The notes: a model not told the origin generated them from the sequence alone. A stretch of DNA of 64,000 bases from Eledone cirrhosa (GCA_964016885.1 OZ024740.1:133300001-133364000); one strand, 5' to 3'; shown: positions 1-12,264, counted from the first letter of the stretch. Translations and numbers: made by a program.

Positions 1-1634
1 AGGTTCTCGACGACAAGCGCCAGCCTCTTTGCCAACACCTTGGCCAAAATCTGTAACTCTGTGTTTAGCAGAGTTATGGGCCGGAAGTTGCCTATGTCAT
101 CCCCCTTATTCTCGTCCTTCCTGATTAGTGTGACCACGCCCCCGGTTACAGAATTGGGAATTCTCCCGTTCTGTTGCCAGTTGCAGTAGACCGCTTCCAG
201 GAGACCGGAGAATAAGTCCGGCATTGCTACGTAAAATTCGTAGGGTAGACCGTCGAGACCTGAAGATTTGCGTTTGCCGCATTGGCTCAGCGCGTCCCCT
301 ATCTCAGTGGCTGAAATCGGCTTTTCGCAGAACTTCGCCTCGCTGTCCGAGAGTCGCGGTAGGCCGTCGAGGTATGGACCGAAATCCATAGCCTCTCCCG
401 GCGCGCCGCTCACCCCGAACAGCCGAGCAAAGTGCCGCTGAAAAGCCGCACACATCTGCTTCGGCTCACGTATCACGCGTCCGTTTTGGTCCTTCAAAGA
501 CCGAATCGTGGACTTGTTGCCACTTTTTGCCTCCGTCACTCGGGCCCAGCTAACAGCTTTGGCTCCCTCGTTTCCCAGAGCACGTATTTTGCTTCTGACA
601 ACGCAGCCCTCGTGCTTTGCGTCGAAGAACTGGTCCAAGGCCGTTCTCGTTGCTAGCACGCTGGCTACGTTGCCACTTCTAATAGCCTCTTCTACTTTAT
701 CTACCAGTTCCTTCTCGGTTCTATTTCTATCTAACGCTCATTCTTTACTAAAAACTATCGAGTCTAATCTAACTGCCCTCTTGAGAGAGTACCACCATCT
801 GTTGTTGACAATGGCCCCTGTCAAGTGCTGTTTAACTAAAGTGCTAATCCGTCTACTGTAGGCTTTGCTTGTCGGTAACGACAAGTTCAGCTTCCAGTAG
901 CCGGGTCCTTGTCTATGGGTTCTATCAAGGTTGGCCATGCAGGTCACTAGTTTGTGATCTGAATAGGCAACCATGAACATTTGTGGACAGCTTAACATGT
1001 CCCTATCCTTATTTCTAACTAGAACCCTATCTAGGTACGATCTAGATGTTCCGCTACGATTACTCCACGTCCACAGTGGCGCAGTCGGAAAATCTAGTCG
1101 ATATCTATCGGCCAGGTCAAATCGGTCGATTAACTGTTTGAGGCTGTTACACCCCCCTTTATCGGGACATGCTCCCACATAGTCCCAACGTGCATCTAGG
1201 ATTCCATTCCAGTCCCCCACTAAAAGCAAGGAGCGGGACGTTCCCAGAAAAGTCTCTAGACGTTTGAAGAAGTCTGGCCGCGGTGTCCCGGATGGGGCAT
1301 ATGCGGCCACCAGCCTGAACGCTCCACTTTCACTACCGTCAACGTCTAGGACCACCAGTCGACCCCCCGGGTCCAGATGTACCGTCTGTGTTACGAGGCC
1401 CAGGTGTTTCCGCAGCAAAACGGCAACTCCGCCCCCACCCCCCGGTTGACAGAGAGATGCGTAGATCTCAAAGTCATCGAAGATGGGGGCCAGCTGTCGC
1501 TCGCCGTGGATCCTGGACTCACAAATGGCTACCACATCCAAACTGTGCGACCTGAGGTCGTTTAAGAGTTTGCCCTGTTTCCAGGGTATCCCCAGGCCGC
1601 GTACGTTCACACATCCAACTCTTATATTGGCCAT
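1..1634 (-). pseudogene. ORF2 of copy A (APE endonuclease plus start of RT), premature stop at 738-740
   Basis: ORF 738-1634 holds the APE domain and GPGYWKLN; homology to copies B and C continues past the TGA. Confidence 0.88.
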
Positions 1635-1667
1635 GTTGGTGCTGAAAAGTTAAAAGAGGAAAAGAGA

Positions 1668-3584
1668 TCACTCACCCTTCGCCTCCTGGGGACCAGGCCG
1701 CACGATTTCCATGGGGGTGTTGGAGGGGTTGTCTGGATGGGTGGTGGTTTCCGGCGGGGTGGGGACGCAGATGTTTGGTGGGGTGGGGTCTGGTGGGATG
1801 GGGGTGTCTGGGGTGGGGAGGCATTTGAGAAGGACGCGGTTGAGTGGTTTCACGCAGGAATTCCCCACATCCTTCTCAAATGTTTCTTTTAGGGACCTAT
1901 AAGTTTGTATAGGGACCCTAATCAGTTTTAGATTCATTTTTTTGCTATTTTTTATAGAGTGGGCGAAAGTTTTCCCTTCGGTGAAAACCGAAGGGTCGTT
2001 CGTAATGGTCTCCATTAGTGTTTTGTTTTCAGTGTTTATGTAAGTGTAAGTGTAATTTTCTTGTGTTGTGTTTGTTTTTGTCTGTAGTTCTTGTGTGTGC
2101 TTTCGTTTTGTTGTAGGTATTTTGTTTTCAGGAGGTGGGGGTTTTGTTTGTGATATTTTTGTTGTTTGTGTTGGTGGTTGTATGTTTGTGGTAGTGTTTG
2201 CTGGTTTTTTGCTTTTGTGATGTCTTTTCTTTCTTTTCGAGCGATGGGGTTCTCCCTCGTCTTCACTGGGTGATGGCGAGATAGCCTCATCTGTTGTATC
2301 GTCTGTGTGATTGGGGAGGGGTATGTCTTGGGGAGCTGTTGTGTCTGTATGTGATTTTGCAGTGGTTTTAGGTGGAGTGAGGTTGGGTGGGACTGTGTTT
2401 GTTGTGGTTATTTTTGTGTGTTGGTGTTGTTGTTGTAGTGGTGGTGTTGGTGGTTGTGTTGTTTTGATGGGTGTTGGCAGAAGAGCCTTTTTTTGGTTCA
2501 TTAGTTTAGGACAGGAAGCCCTCAGGTGACCCCTGCTAAAGCAATGGTAACATGAAGGCCGCCTACCCTCAACCGAAAGGTTTATGTAGGTAAGTCCGTC
2601 CAGGAGTACACGCTGTGGGATCATAGCTATTCGCTCTGGGCTCATTTGCACCAGAACTTCAATGCTAGTCCCATTGAATACATCTCTGGGGGACTTGCCT
2701 ACTGACAGTATTCTGTCTTCATCAAAATTGATGAAGCCGCACAGTATCCACCATATGTTCACCTTTGGTGTGACACTTGTGATTCTGATCTTTTGTGTCC
2801 TTTTTCCCATGTATGTAGGGAAAAAGGTGTACAGGTTGGATACAATTGGCGACACAGAGTAATTTTGGGCCGTCAATTGATCCTTCATCAGTACCGAAAT
2901 ACTCCCAAAAAGTTTGCTTCTTTGAATGAATGCAATATCATTCATTGAATCTTTGAAAACCAGTTCAATATCTTTCTGTGACAATTGGACTGGTTTTCGG
3001 GTAGAATTGGAAACTGTCCTAAAAACTATCGTTTTGAGAGCAGTTTCCTTGCGAATTTCTACCGGAGAATTGATGCTGAAAGCACCATTTTTTTCGAAGG
3101 TGACATATCTCTTAGCGTCCTTTAAAAGGTGTTCAGCATTTGTTATGTCGAGATATATCAATTGTTCTTTCTTTTGAACTTTCTCCGCAAAGGAGATTTT
3201 TGGTTTCTTTGTGGAATCCGTATTGGTGGTGTTGTCATTATTGTTGTTATTCTTGTTGTTATTCTTGTTGTCACCGATGTTGGTATCATCCGTATTTTCC
3301 TTGGTGTTGTTGTTGTCTTTGATGCTGGTGTTATTGGCGTTGTCTTTATTTTTTTCTTTGTTGTTGTTATCATTGTTGCTTTTATCATCATTATTGGTTT
3401 TGCTGTTATTTTTGTTGTCATTGAGCTGTTTGGTGTCATTTGTGTTGTTTGGATGTGAATTCGTTTTTTTATTTTCATTTTGTCTTTCCATCTCTATAGT
3501 ATCTAGTGAAGAAGACGTTGTTGACTGCGAGCTTTGTAGTCTTACCGCCTCTCCACCACCATTATCGTTGGACGCAGCGTTCAT
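1668..3584 (-). CDS. Tx1-type ORF1 (gag-like nucleic-acid-binding protein, CCHC zinc knuckle), 638 aa
   Basis: Open frame; Asn-rich N terminus, central domain ending GRRPSCYHCFSRGHLRASC (CX2CX4HX4C), Pro/Thr-rich linker and KRKKR patch; homologous to ORF1 of copies C, D and E. Confidence 0.9.
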   Translation of the reverse strand: MNAASNDNGGGEAVRLQSSQSTTSSSLDTIEMERQNENKKTNSHPNNTNDTKQLNDNKNNSKTNNDDKSNNDNNNKEKNKDNANNTSIKDNNNTKENTDDTNIGDNKNNNKNNNNNDNTTNTDSTKKPKISFAEKVQKKEQLIYLDITNAEHLLKDAKRYVTFEKNGAFSINSPVEIRKETALKTIVFRTVSNSTRKPVQLSQKDIELVFKDSMNDIAFIQRSKLFGSISVLMKDQLTAQNYSVSPIVSNLYTFFPTYMGKRTQKIRITSVTPKVNIWWILCGFINFDEDRILSVGKSPRDVFNGTSIEVLVQMSPERIAMIPQRVLLDGLTYINLSVEGRRPSCYHCFSRGHLRASCPKLMNQKKALLPTPIKTTQPPTPPLQQQHQHTKITTTNTVPPNLTPPKTTAKSHTDTTAPQDIPLPNHTDDTTDEAISPSPSEDEGEPHRSKRKKRHHKSKKPANTTTNIQPPTQTTKISQTKPPPPENKIPTTKRKHTQELQTKTNTTQENYTYTYINTENKTLMETITNDPSVFTEGKTFAHSIKNSKKMNLKLIRVPIQTYRSLKETFEKDVGNSCVKPLNRVLLKCLPTPDTPIPPDPTPPNICVPTPPETTTHPDNPSNTPMEIVRPGPQEAKGE

Positions 3585-3801
3585 AACGTAATCAAAATTT
3601 TACAATATTTTTTCCAAGATTCGATGGAGAAAAATTTTTTAAATGGATATTCCGCCCCTGAAGGGGCGAAAATGAGTTGACCCACCACCTGAAGGTCCAG
3701 ACGGGTGGTCAAGTTACACAATGATATAAAATTGAACTAAAAACTCACGTTTTTTCCTTACATAAATTAACGGAAACTTCTCCGCGAAGTGACACACGAC
3801 T

Positions 3802-3808
3802 GATAGAG

Positions 3809-3866
<58 letters not shown>
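3802..3866. repeat. (ATAG)n microsatellite between Tx1 copies A and B
   Basis: Direct reading; it is the (CTAT)n 3' tail of B and the 5' flank of A. Confidence 0.97.
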
Positions 3867-6800
3867 ATTTCTATTTATTTGCCACGAGGGCACAAAAGAA
3901 GGGGACAAATACACAGTGGGGGAGTTTACATAAATCGAGTAAAGAAAAAGGAATAACAATAATAATATAATAATAAAAAGTCCTCAAAAGGGAGGGGGCG
4001 TGTTCGGGATTGCACATACCCCCGAAAAGTGTGCAACCCTTTTCGCGGGGGAAGCCCAGAGAGGAGGCGCTCCCCCTTTCCTCTTCACTTCTTCACCTAC
4101 AGAACAATGTAGAGAGAAGGCCCATTTACACGAGCCATTCTCGCTTCTTTCACCCACCTTTCATAAAACTGTCTGGGGCCAAGCACTTCTCTCTCCATCC
4201 TGATCCTTCTTCCGAAGTGGTATCGGAAGAAGTAAACCAGGTGATGGCCGGAGAGAAAGTCACCCGACCTCAGACCTTTCAGGCGCGTCCACTACACAAC
4301 CTCTTTCATCATAGCTATTACGCACAGAAAGACCGCCTCTGCTTCGTTTCTGAAGGGAGGCGGCGGCTTGATGTTCACCACAGACTCGGCGGTTAATCGA
4401 ATCGGCGCCACACGCGACAGCAGTCGTTCGACGTAGCCCCACAGATCGGCAACGCCCGGGCAGTGTACCAGTGCATGCGCAGCGGTTTCCTCGTCGCGCA
4501 CGCATCTGGGACAGATCTTTTTCCCTGGATCCCTGCCCGGGCGCCCGTGTCTGTAGAGCTTTTCTCGAACGGGCAGGGCCCCCCGGTAACACTGCCAGGC
4601 TAGGGACCTCTGGAAGTTGTCCATGGGTCCCGGGCCGAAAGTTCTACCGAACAGGCTGGCCAGTTCGTCCTCCTCCATGCCTAGCGACTCTCCAAGGGTT
4701 TCGTCGCCCCTGCTAGCCGCCAGCTCTCTATACAATGTCGAGGTGGATTCTCCACTGACAGTCGGGTCCGCTTGCCAGATAGCCGTGAGCGCCTGGGCAC
4801 ACTCGGTGTGCCAGTTGCCCAGTTTTCTCGGTCTTTGCTTCACCCAGGATTGCAGCTCGGTGAGCGAGACGAGCTGTGGGAAGGCTCGCCTCACAAACGG
4901 GGCCCACACCGGCTGACCGGTGAGGAATACCTGTAGATGCCGTAGCCTCAATGCGTGCCTACGCATCAACAGCCATGGCATACCCAGCCCTCCTTTCGAA
5001 GGGTGCTGGCAGCAGATGGATCTCCTCACCATGGGAGGCCGCTTCTTCCAGAGGAACTGGAAGAGCATGCGTTCCATGATGGTGATCTTTTCCTTGGGGC
5101 AAGGCACGACGGTCAGGCGGTAGCAGATGACGGACGCTATGTAAGCGCTCGTCACCTCCGCCCGACCTTTCAGTGATAGTTTGCACTTGGCCCACTTCTG
5201 GGTCAGCGCAAACACCCTGCTCGTCACCTCGCCCCAATTTTTCTCCACCTAGAGGTCCGGTCCGAACCAGACCCCGAGCAGCTTCACCGGGCCCTCCGTC
5301 CACCGCCCGACGACACCGTCTAACGGCATCGATTTGCCTCTCCACGTTCCGAGTTGCAAACCGACTGACTTGTCCCGGTTCAGCCTAGCCCCCGTCAGCC
5401 TTTCGTATTCCTCCAGTAAGGTGGCGATCGCCCCGATTTCCGAGGCGTCCGCCACCATTACTGTTACGTCGTCGGCATAGGCCGAGACCGCTTTGTGCAA
5501 TCCCGGTTCCAGGGGTATGCCCCGCAGCAACTCCAACTTCCGCAGCAGTGGCTCGAGAGTCAATACGTACAGAAGGGAGGAGAGGGGGCACCCCTGTCTG
5601 ATGGACCGGCTGATTTGAAACGGCTCCGAGAGGTAGCCGTTTACTTTAATCCTAGAGTAGATGTTGCCACTGTGCATGGCAGAAATCCAGCCCCTGAAAA
5701 CGGGTCCGAAGCCCGCCGCCGCTAGCACCGCATCCAGGTAACCATGGTCGACCCTATCGAACGCCTTAGATTGATCCAAGTTGATCAGGGCCCCACCAAA
5801 TCCGGGTTCGTTGCCAGCCCTCTCTGTGATGTATCGCATGAGGTGGAGGTTGTCGTGAATGGACCTGGACGGGATAGCGCATGTCTGCGCGTCTGCTTCA
5901 TCTTTGAAGGGGGGAGGCGGCTTGATCATTACAATAGACTCGGTGGTCAACCGGATCGGTCCCACCCTTGATAGCAGTTGTTCGACATAGCCCCACAGAT
6001 TGGCTACGCCCGAGCAGTGTACCAATGCGTGTGCGACGGTTTCCTCGTCGCACACGCATCTGGGACAGATCTTTTTGGCGGAGTCCCTACCCGGGCGCCC
6101 GTGTCTGTAGAGCCTTTCTCGAACGGGTAAAGCTCCTCGGTAGCACTGCCAGGCCAGGGACTTCTGGAAGTTGTCCATAGGTCCCGGGCTGAATGTCCTA
6201 CCGAACAGGCTGTCCAGTTCGTCCTCCTCCATGTCTAGGGCTTCTCCGAGGGCGTCGTCGCACTTGCTGCGTACCAGCCCTCTATAGAATGTTGCGGTGG
6301 AGTCTCCACTGATAACCGGATCCGCCTGCCAGAGGGCGGTGAGCGCCTGGGCACACTCAGTGTGCCAGGCGCCCAGTTTTCTCGGTCTTTGCTTGACCCA
6401 GGATTGCAGCTCGGTGAGTGAGACGAGTCTGGGAAAGGTTCGTCTCACAAACGAGGCCCACACCGGTTGTCCGGTGAGGAATACGTAGAGGTGCCGTAGC
6501 CTTAATGCGTATTTACGCATCATTAGCCACGGCATCCCCAGCCCTCCTTTCGAAGGGTGTTGACAGCAGATGGATCTCCTCACCATAGGAGCCCGCCTCT
6601 TCCAAAGGAATTGGAAGAGCGCGCGCTCCATCTTGGTGAGGGTTTCCCTTTGGCAGGGCACTACGGTCAGGCGGTAGTAGATGACGGACGCTATGTAGGT
6701 GTTCGCCACCTCCGCCCGACCTTTCAGGGATAGTTTGCAACTGGCCCACTTCTGGGTCAGTGCAAACACCCTGTTCGTAACCTCCGCCCAGTTTTTCTCC

Positions 6801-8604
6801 ACCTGGAGGTCCGGTCCGAACCAGACCCCGAGCAACTTCACCGGGCCCTCCGTCCAGCGTCCGACGACGCCATCGGAGGGCATCGGTCTGCCCCTCCACG
6901 TGCCGAGTTGCAAACCGATCGACATGTCCCGGTTCAGCTTAGCCCCTGTGAACTTTTCGTACTCCTCCAGTAAGGTGCCGACCGCCTCGATTTCGGAGGC
7001 CGTCGACACCATTACTGTCACGTCATCGGCGTAGGCCGACACCGCTTTCCGCAATCCCGGTTCCAAAGGGATGCCCTGCAACAACTCCAACTTCCGCAGT
7101 AGTGGCTCGAGAGTCAACACATACAGAAGGGAGGAGAGAGGGCACCCTTGTCGGATGGACCGCGCGATTTTGAACGGCTCCGAGAGGTAGCCGTTCACCT
7201 TGACCCTAGAGCAAATGCGGCTGCTGTGCATAGCAGTGATCCAGCCCCTGAAAACGGGTCCGAAGCCTGCCGCCGCTAGCACCGCATCCAGGTAACCATG
7301 GTCGACCCTATCGAACGCATTAGATTGATCCAAGTTGATCAGAGCCCCACCAAAGCCAGGTTCGTTCCCAACCCTCTCTATGATGTATCGCATGAGGTGG
7401 AGGTTGTCATGGATGGACCTGGAGGGGATAGCGCATGTCTGCGCATCTCCCACCAGGTTGCCCACGACAAGCGCTAACCTCTTTGCTAGCACCTTGGCCA
7501 AAATCTGTAACTCTGTATTTAGCAGAGTTATGGGCCTGAAGTTACTTATTTCGTCCCCCTTGTTCTCGTCCTTCCTCACTAGCGTGACTACGCCCTTGGT
7601 CACAGTACAGGGAATTCTCCCGTTCTGTTGCCAGTTGCAGTAGACCGCTTCGAGGAGATCGGGGAACAAGTCCGGCATAGCTAGATATAATTCGTAAGGA
7701 AGACCATCGAGACCCGGGGATTTGCGTTTGCCGCATTGGCTCAGCACGTCCTCTATCTCAGCGGCCGAAATCGGCTCCTCGCAGGACTTCGCCTCCCTGT
7801 CCGAGAGGCGCGGCAGGCCGTCGAGGTATGGACCGAAGTCCACGTTCCCAACCGGCTCCCCGCCCCTCCCGAACAGTCGGGCAAAGTGCCTTTGAAAGGC
7901 CTCACACATCTGCTTAGGCTCAAGAATCGCCTGTCCATCCAGGTCTCGCAAAGACCGGATGGTGGATTTAGTTCCACTGTTGGCCTCTGTCACGCGGGCC
8001 CAGCTAACAGCTTTGGTCCCCTCGTTCCCTAGAGCACGTATTTTACTCCGGACAACGCAGCCTTCGTGCTTCGCGTCGAAAAACTGGCTCAAAGCCGTTC
8101 TCGACGCTAGCACTCTGGCCACGTCGCGGCTTCTAATTGCCTCTTCTACTCTATCTATTAGCTCCCTTTCCTTCCTATTCCTATCCGCAGCTAGAACCTT
8201 ACTAAATTCTATCGAGACTACTCTAATCTCTCTCTTTAGAGATACCCACCACCTGCTGTTGACGATCGCTCCAGTCAACCGTTCCTTAACTAACGTACTA
8301 ATCCGATTCCTGTAGGCTCTACTTACCGGCAAGGACAAGTTGAGCTTCCAGTAACCGGGGCCCTGTCTATGAGTTCTGTCAAGGTTGACCATGCAGGTCA
8401 CTAATTTGTGGTCTGAATAGCCAACCATGTGCATTTTTGGACAACTTAAAAAGTCCTTATCCTTAATTCTAACTAAGAACCTATCTAGGTACGACCTAGA
8501 TGATCCGCTACGATTTGCCCAAGTCCAGGTTGGCGCAGTCGGAAAATCTAGTCGATATCTATCGGCCAGGTCAAATCGACCGATTAACCCTTTGAGGCTA
8601 TTAC
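3865..8604 (-). mobile_element. Tx1-like copy B: 5'-truncated chimera of two related copies (B1 5894-8604, B2 3865-5893)
   Basis: ORF 5249-8629 runs from late APE through RT (QGCPLS, YADD) and the zinc finger (CPRC..ET..HAL..C), then restarts at DAQTCAIPSRSIHDN. Nonsense codons at 5249 and 4292, natural stop at 4097. 3' UTR ends GCCCTCGTGGCAAATAAATAGAAAT then (CTAT)n. Confidence 0.92.
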
Positions 8605-8828
8605 ATAGATAGATTTCTTTATTTACCATAAAGGCATAAAAAGAAGGGACAAATACAAAGGGGGAGTTTACATATAATCGAGTAAAAAGGGTGTAACATG
8701 AAAATAATCGAAAATAACCTCAAAAGGGAGGGGGCGTGATGGGGGTTGCACACACCCCCGAAAAAGTGTGCAATCCTTTGCCCGGGGAGCACATGGAGAA
8801 GGTGCTCCCCTCTCCTTTACTTCTTTAC

Positions 8829-11800
8829 CTACAGGATGGTATACAGAGAAGGCCCATTTACACGAGCCATTCTCGCCACTATCACCCACCTTTCATAAAA
8901 CTGCCTGTGGCCAAGCACCTCTCTCTCCATTCTTATCCTACTTCCGAAGTGATATCGGAAGAAGTAGACCAGACTATGGCCAGAGAGGAAGTTGCCTGAC
9001 CTCAGACCTTTCAATCGTGTCCACCAAACAACCTCTTTCAACATGGCTATTACGCACAGAAAAACCGCCTTTGCTTCCTTTGTGAAGAGGGGAGGCGGTT
9101 TGATTGTCATCACGGACTCGGCGGTCAATTTAATCGGCGCCACCCGCGACAGCAGTCGTTCGGCGTAGCCCCACAGATCGGCCACGCCCGGACATTGCAC
9201 CAATGCGTGCGCAACGGTTTCTTCGTGACGCACGCATCTAGGGCAAATCTTTTTTGAGGGATCCCTGCCCGGGCGCCCGTGTCTGTAGAGCCTCTCTCGA
9301 ACGGGTAGAGCCCCCAGGTAGCACTGCCAGGCCAGTGACTTCTGGAAGTTGTCCATTGGTCCTGGGCCGAAAGTCCTACCGAACAGGCTGGCCAGTTCGT
9401 CTTCTTCCATGTCCAGCGACTCTCCAAGGGTGTCATCGCCCCTGCTAGCCACCAGCCCTCTATAGAATGATGAGGTGGATTCTCCACCGATGGCCTGGCC
9501 CGCTTACCAGAGAGCCCTGAGCGCCTGAGCACACTCAGTGTGCCAGTCTCCCAGTTTTCCGGATCTTTGCTTGACCCAGGACTGTAGCTCGGTGAGCGAG
9601 ACGAGTCTCGGAAAGGCTCGTTTCACGTACGGAGCCCACACCGGTTGACCAGTGAGGAATACCTGTAGGTGCCGTAGCCTGAATGCGTGCCTACGCATCA
9701 TCAACCACGGCATCCCCTGCCCTCCTTTCGAAGGTTGTTGGCAGCAGATGGATCTTCTCACCATAGGAGGGCGCTTCTTCCAAAGAAATTGGAAGAGCAT
9801 GCGTTCCATGGTGGTGAGTGTTTCCTTAGGGCAAGGCACGACAGTCAGGCGGTAGTAAGTGACGGACGCTATGTAAATGTTCGCCACCTCCGCCCGGCCT
9901 TTTAGGGACAGCTTACACTTGGCCCATTTCTGGGTTAGTGCAAACACCTTGTTCGTAACCTCGTTCCAGTTCTTTTCCACCTGGAGGTCCGGTCCAAACC
10001 AGACCCCAAGCAACTTTACCGGGCCCTCCGTCCAGTGTCCGACGACACCGTCAGGAGGCATCGGTCTGCCTCTCCACGTTCCGAGTTGCAGCCCGATGGA
10101 TTTTTCCCGGTTCAGTTTCGCTCCTGACAACCTTTCGTACTCCTCCAGTAAGGTACATATCGCCTCGATCTCCGAGTCGGTCGATACCATTACTGTTACG
10201 TCATCGGCGTAGGCCGACACCGCTTTGCTCAATCCTGGTTCCAGGGGGATACCCTGCAACAACTCCAACTTCCTCAGTAAAGGCTCGAGAGTCAATACGT
10301 ACAGAAGGGAGGAGAGAGGGCACCCCTGTCGAATGGATCGTATGATTTCGAACGGCTTCGAAAGGTAGCCGTTCACCTTGATCCTAGAACAGATGTGGTT
10401 GCTATGTAAGGCAGTTATCCAGCCTCTGAAAACAGGACCGAACCCAGCCGCCGCTAGCACCGCATCCAGGTAACCATGGTCGACCCTATCGAAGGCCTTA
10501 GACTGATCCAAGTTTATCAGGGCCCCACCGAAGCCGGGTTTGTTGCCAACCCTCTCTATGATGTATCGCATGAGGTGGAGGTTATCGTGAATGGACCTGG
10601 ATGGGATAGCACATATCTGCGCATCTCCCACCAGGCCATCCACGACAAGCGCCAACCTCTTTGCTAACGACTTGACCAAAATCTTTAACTCTGTGTTTAG
10701 TAGGGTTATGGGCCGAAAATTATTTATACTATCCCCCTTGTTCTCGTCCTTCCTCACCAGCGTGACTACGCCCTTGGCTACAGAACAAGGAATTCTCCCG
10801 TTCTGCTGCCAATTGCAGTAGACCGCTTCGAGGAGTTCGGAGAAGAAGACCGACATTGCTAAATAAAGTTCGTAAGGTATACCATCGAGACCTGGAGATT
10901 TGCGTCTGCTGCATTGACTCAGCGCATCTCCGATCTCATCAGCCGAGATTGGTCCCTCGCAGGACTCTGCCTCTTCGCTCGAGAGACGCGGCAGGCCGTC
11001 GAGGTATGGACCGAAATCCGCGCCCCCGCCCGGACCCTCGCCTCCCCCGAACAATCGGGCAAAGTGCCTTTGAAAGGCCTCGCACATCTGCTTAGGCTCC
11101 CGGATCACCCGTCCATCTTCGTCTTGCAACGACCGGATGGTGGATCGATTTCCACTCTTAGCTTCTGTCACGCGGGCCCAGCCAACGGCTTTGGCCCCCT
11201 CATTACCTAGAGCACGTATTTTACTTCGAATGACGCAGCCTTCGTGCTTTGCATCGAAAAACTGGTTCAAGGCCGTCCTCGATGCCAGCACTCTGGCCAC
11301 ATCTTCGCTCTTGATTGCCTCTTCTAATTTTCCTGTTAATTCTTTCTCGTTTCTATTCCTATCGGCAGCTAACATCTTGCTATAACTTATTGATTCTGTT
11401 CTAATCTCTCTTTTGAGAGATGCCCACCAACGGTTGTTGACGATTGCACCCGTCAACCCTCCTTAACTAATCTGCTAATCCGGTTTCTGTAAGTCTCTTT
11501 TGCCGGTAAAGACAAATTAAGTTTCCAGTAACCGGGACCCTGTCTATGTGTTTTCTCGAGATTGACCACGCAGGTCACTAATTTGTGATTCGTGTAGCCA
11601 ACCGTGCGCATTTCTGGACAGCTTAATATGTCCCTATCCTTACTTCTAACTAAGAATCTATCTAAGTACGATCTAGATTGACCACTGTGGTTTCTCCAAG
11701 TCCAGGTAGGCACAGTTGGAAAATCTAGTCGATATCTATCGACCAAGTTAAAACGGTCGAGTAACCCCTTGAGGCTGTTACACCCCCTCTATTAGGACAT

Positions 11801-12264
11801 GCTCCTGCATAGTCCCAACGTGCATCCAGGATGTCATTCCAATCCCCCGCTAGAAGCAGGGAACGCGACGTTCCCAGAAAAGTCTCCAAACGCTGGAAGA
11901 AGTCGGGCCGTTCAGCTCCGAAAGGGGAGTAGACGGCGACCACTCTCAAGGCCGCACTTTCACTACTGCCAACGTCTAGCACCAACAAACGACCCTCCGG
12001 GTCCGAGTGCACAACCTGTACGGCAAGACCCATGTGTTTTTGCAGCAGTACGACAACCCCACCCCCACCTCCAGGTTGACAGAGAGATGCATGCACCTCA
12101 AAGTCATCGAAGGTGGGGGCTAGCTGCCGCACGACGCTGATTCGAGTCTCACAGATAACCATTACATTTATACTACATGACCTGAGGTCATTTAGAAGCT
12201 TTGCTTGCTTCCAAGTTGAGCCCAGGCCACGTGCATTCAAACATCCTACTCTTAACACATCCAT
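8829..12264 (-). pseudogene. ORF2 of copy C (APE-RT-zinc finger)
   Basis: ORF pieces 11725-12264, 11453-11746, 9504-11456 and 8829-9452 are collinear with B and E ORF2. Confidence 0.9.

Larger units (their letters stand above)
1..3801 (-). mobile_element. Tx1-like non-LTR retrotransposon, copy A (5'-intact, runs off the window start), bordered by (ATAG)n
   Basis: 5' UTR 3585-3801, intact ORF1 1668-3584, then ORF2 with APE motifs (NVRGL, ICESR, LVGDWN, SYLDR, SDH) continuing into RT sequence (KSSGLDG, NFRPITLLN) toward position 1; 5' end abuts (ATAG)n. Confidence 0.93.

Noticed and set aside
738-740. Possible programmed read-through or frameshifting in ORF2
   Set aside because: Stops and shifts fall at different places in each copy and are mostly single substitutions or indels; ordinary decay.
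1642-1675. 34-nt mini-intron fusing ORF1 to ORF2 in copy A
   Set aside because: Product is out of frame and the AG is absent in C, E and F.
3129-3591. Hydrophobic plus-strand ORFs antisense to ORF1 (also 12694-13449, 27799-28596, 43278-43814)
   Set aside because: Shadows of A/C-rich ORF1 low-complexity regions; not conserved as proteins.
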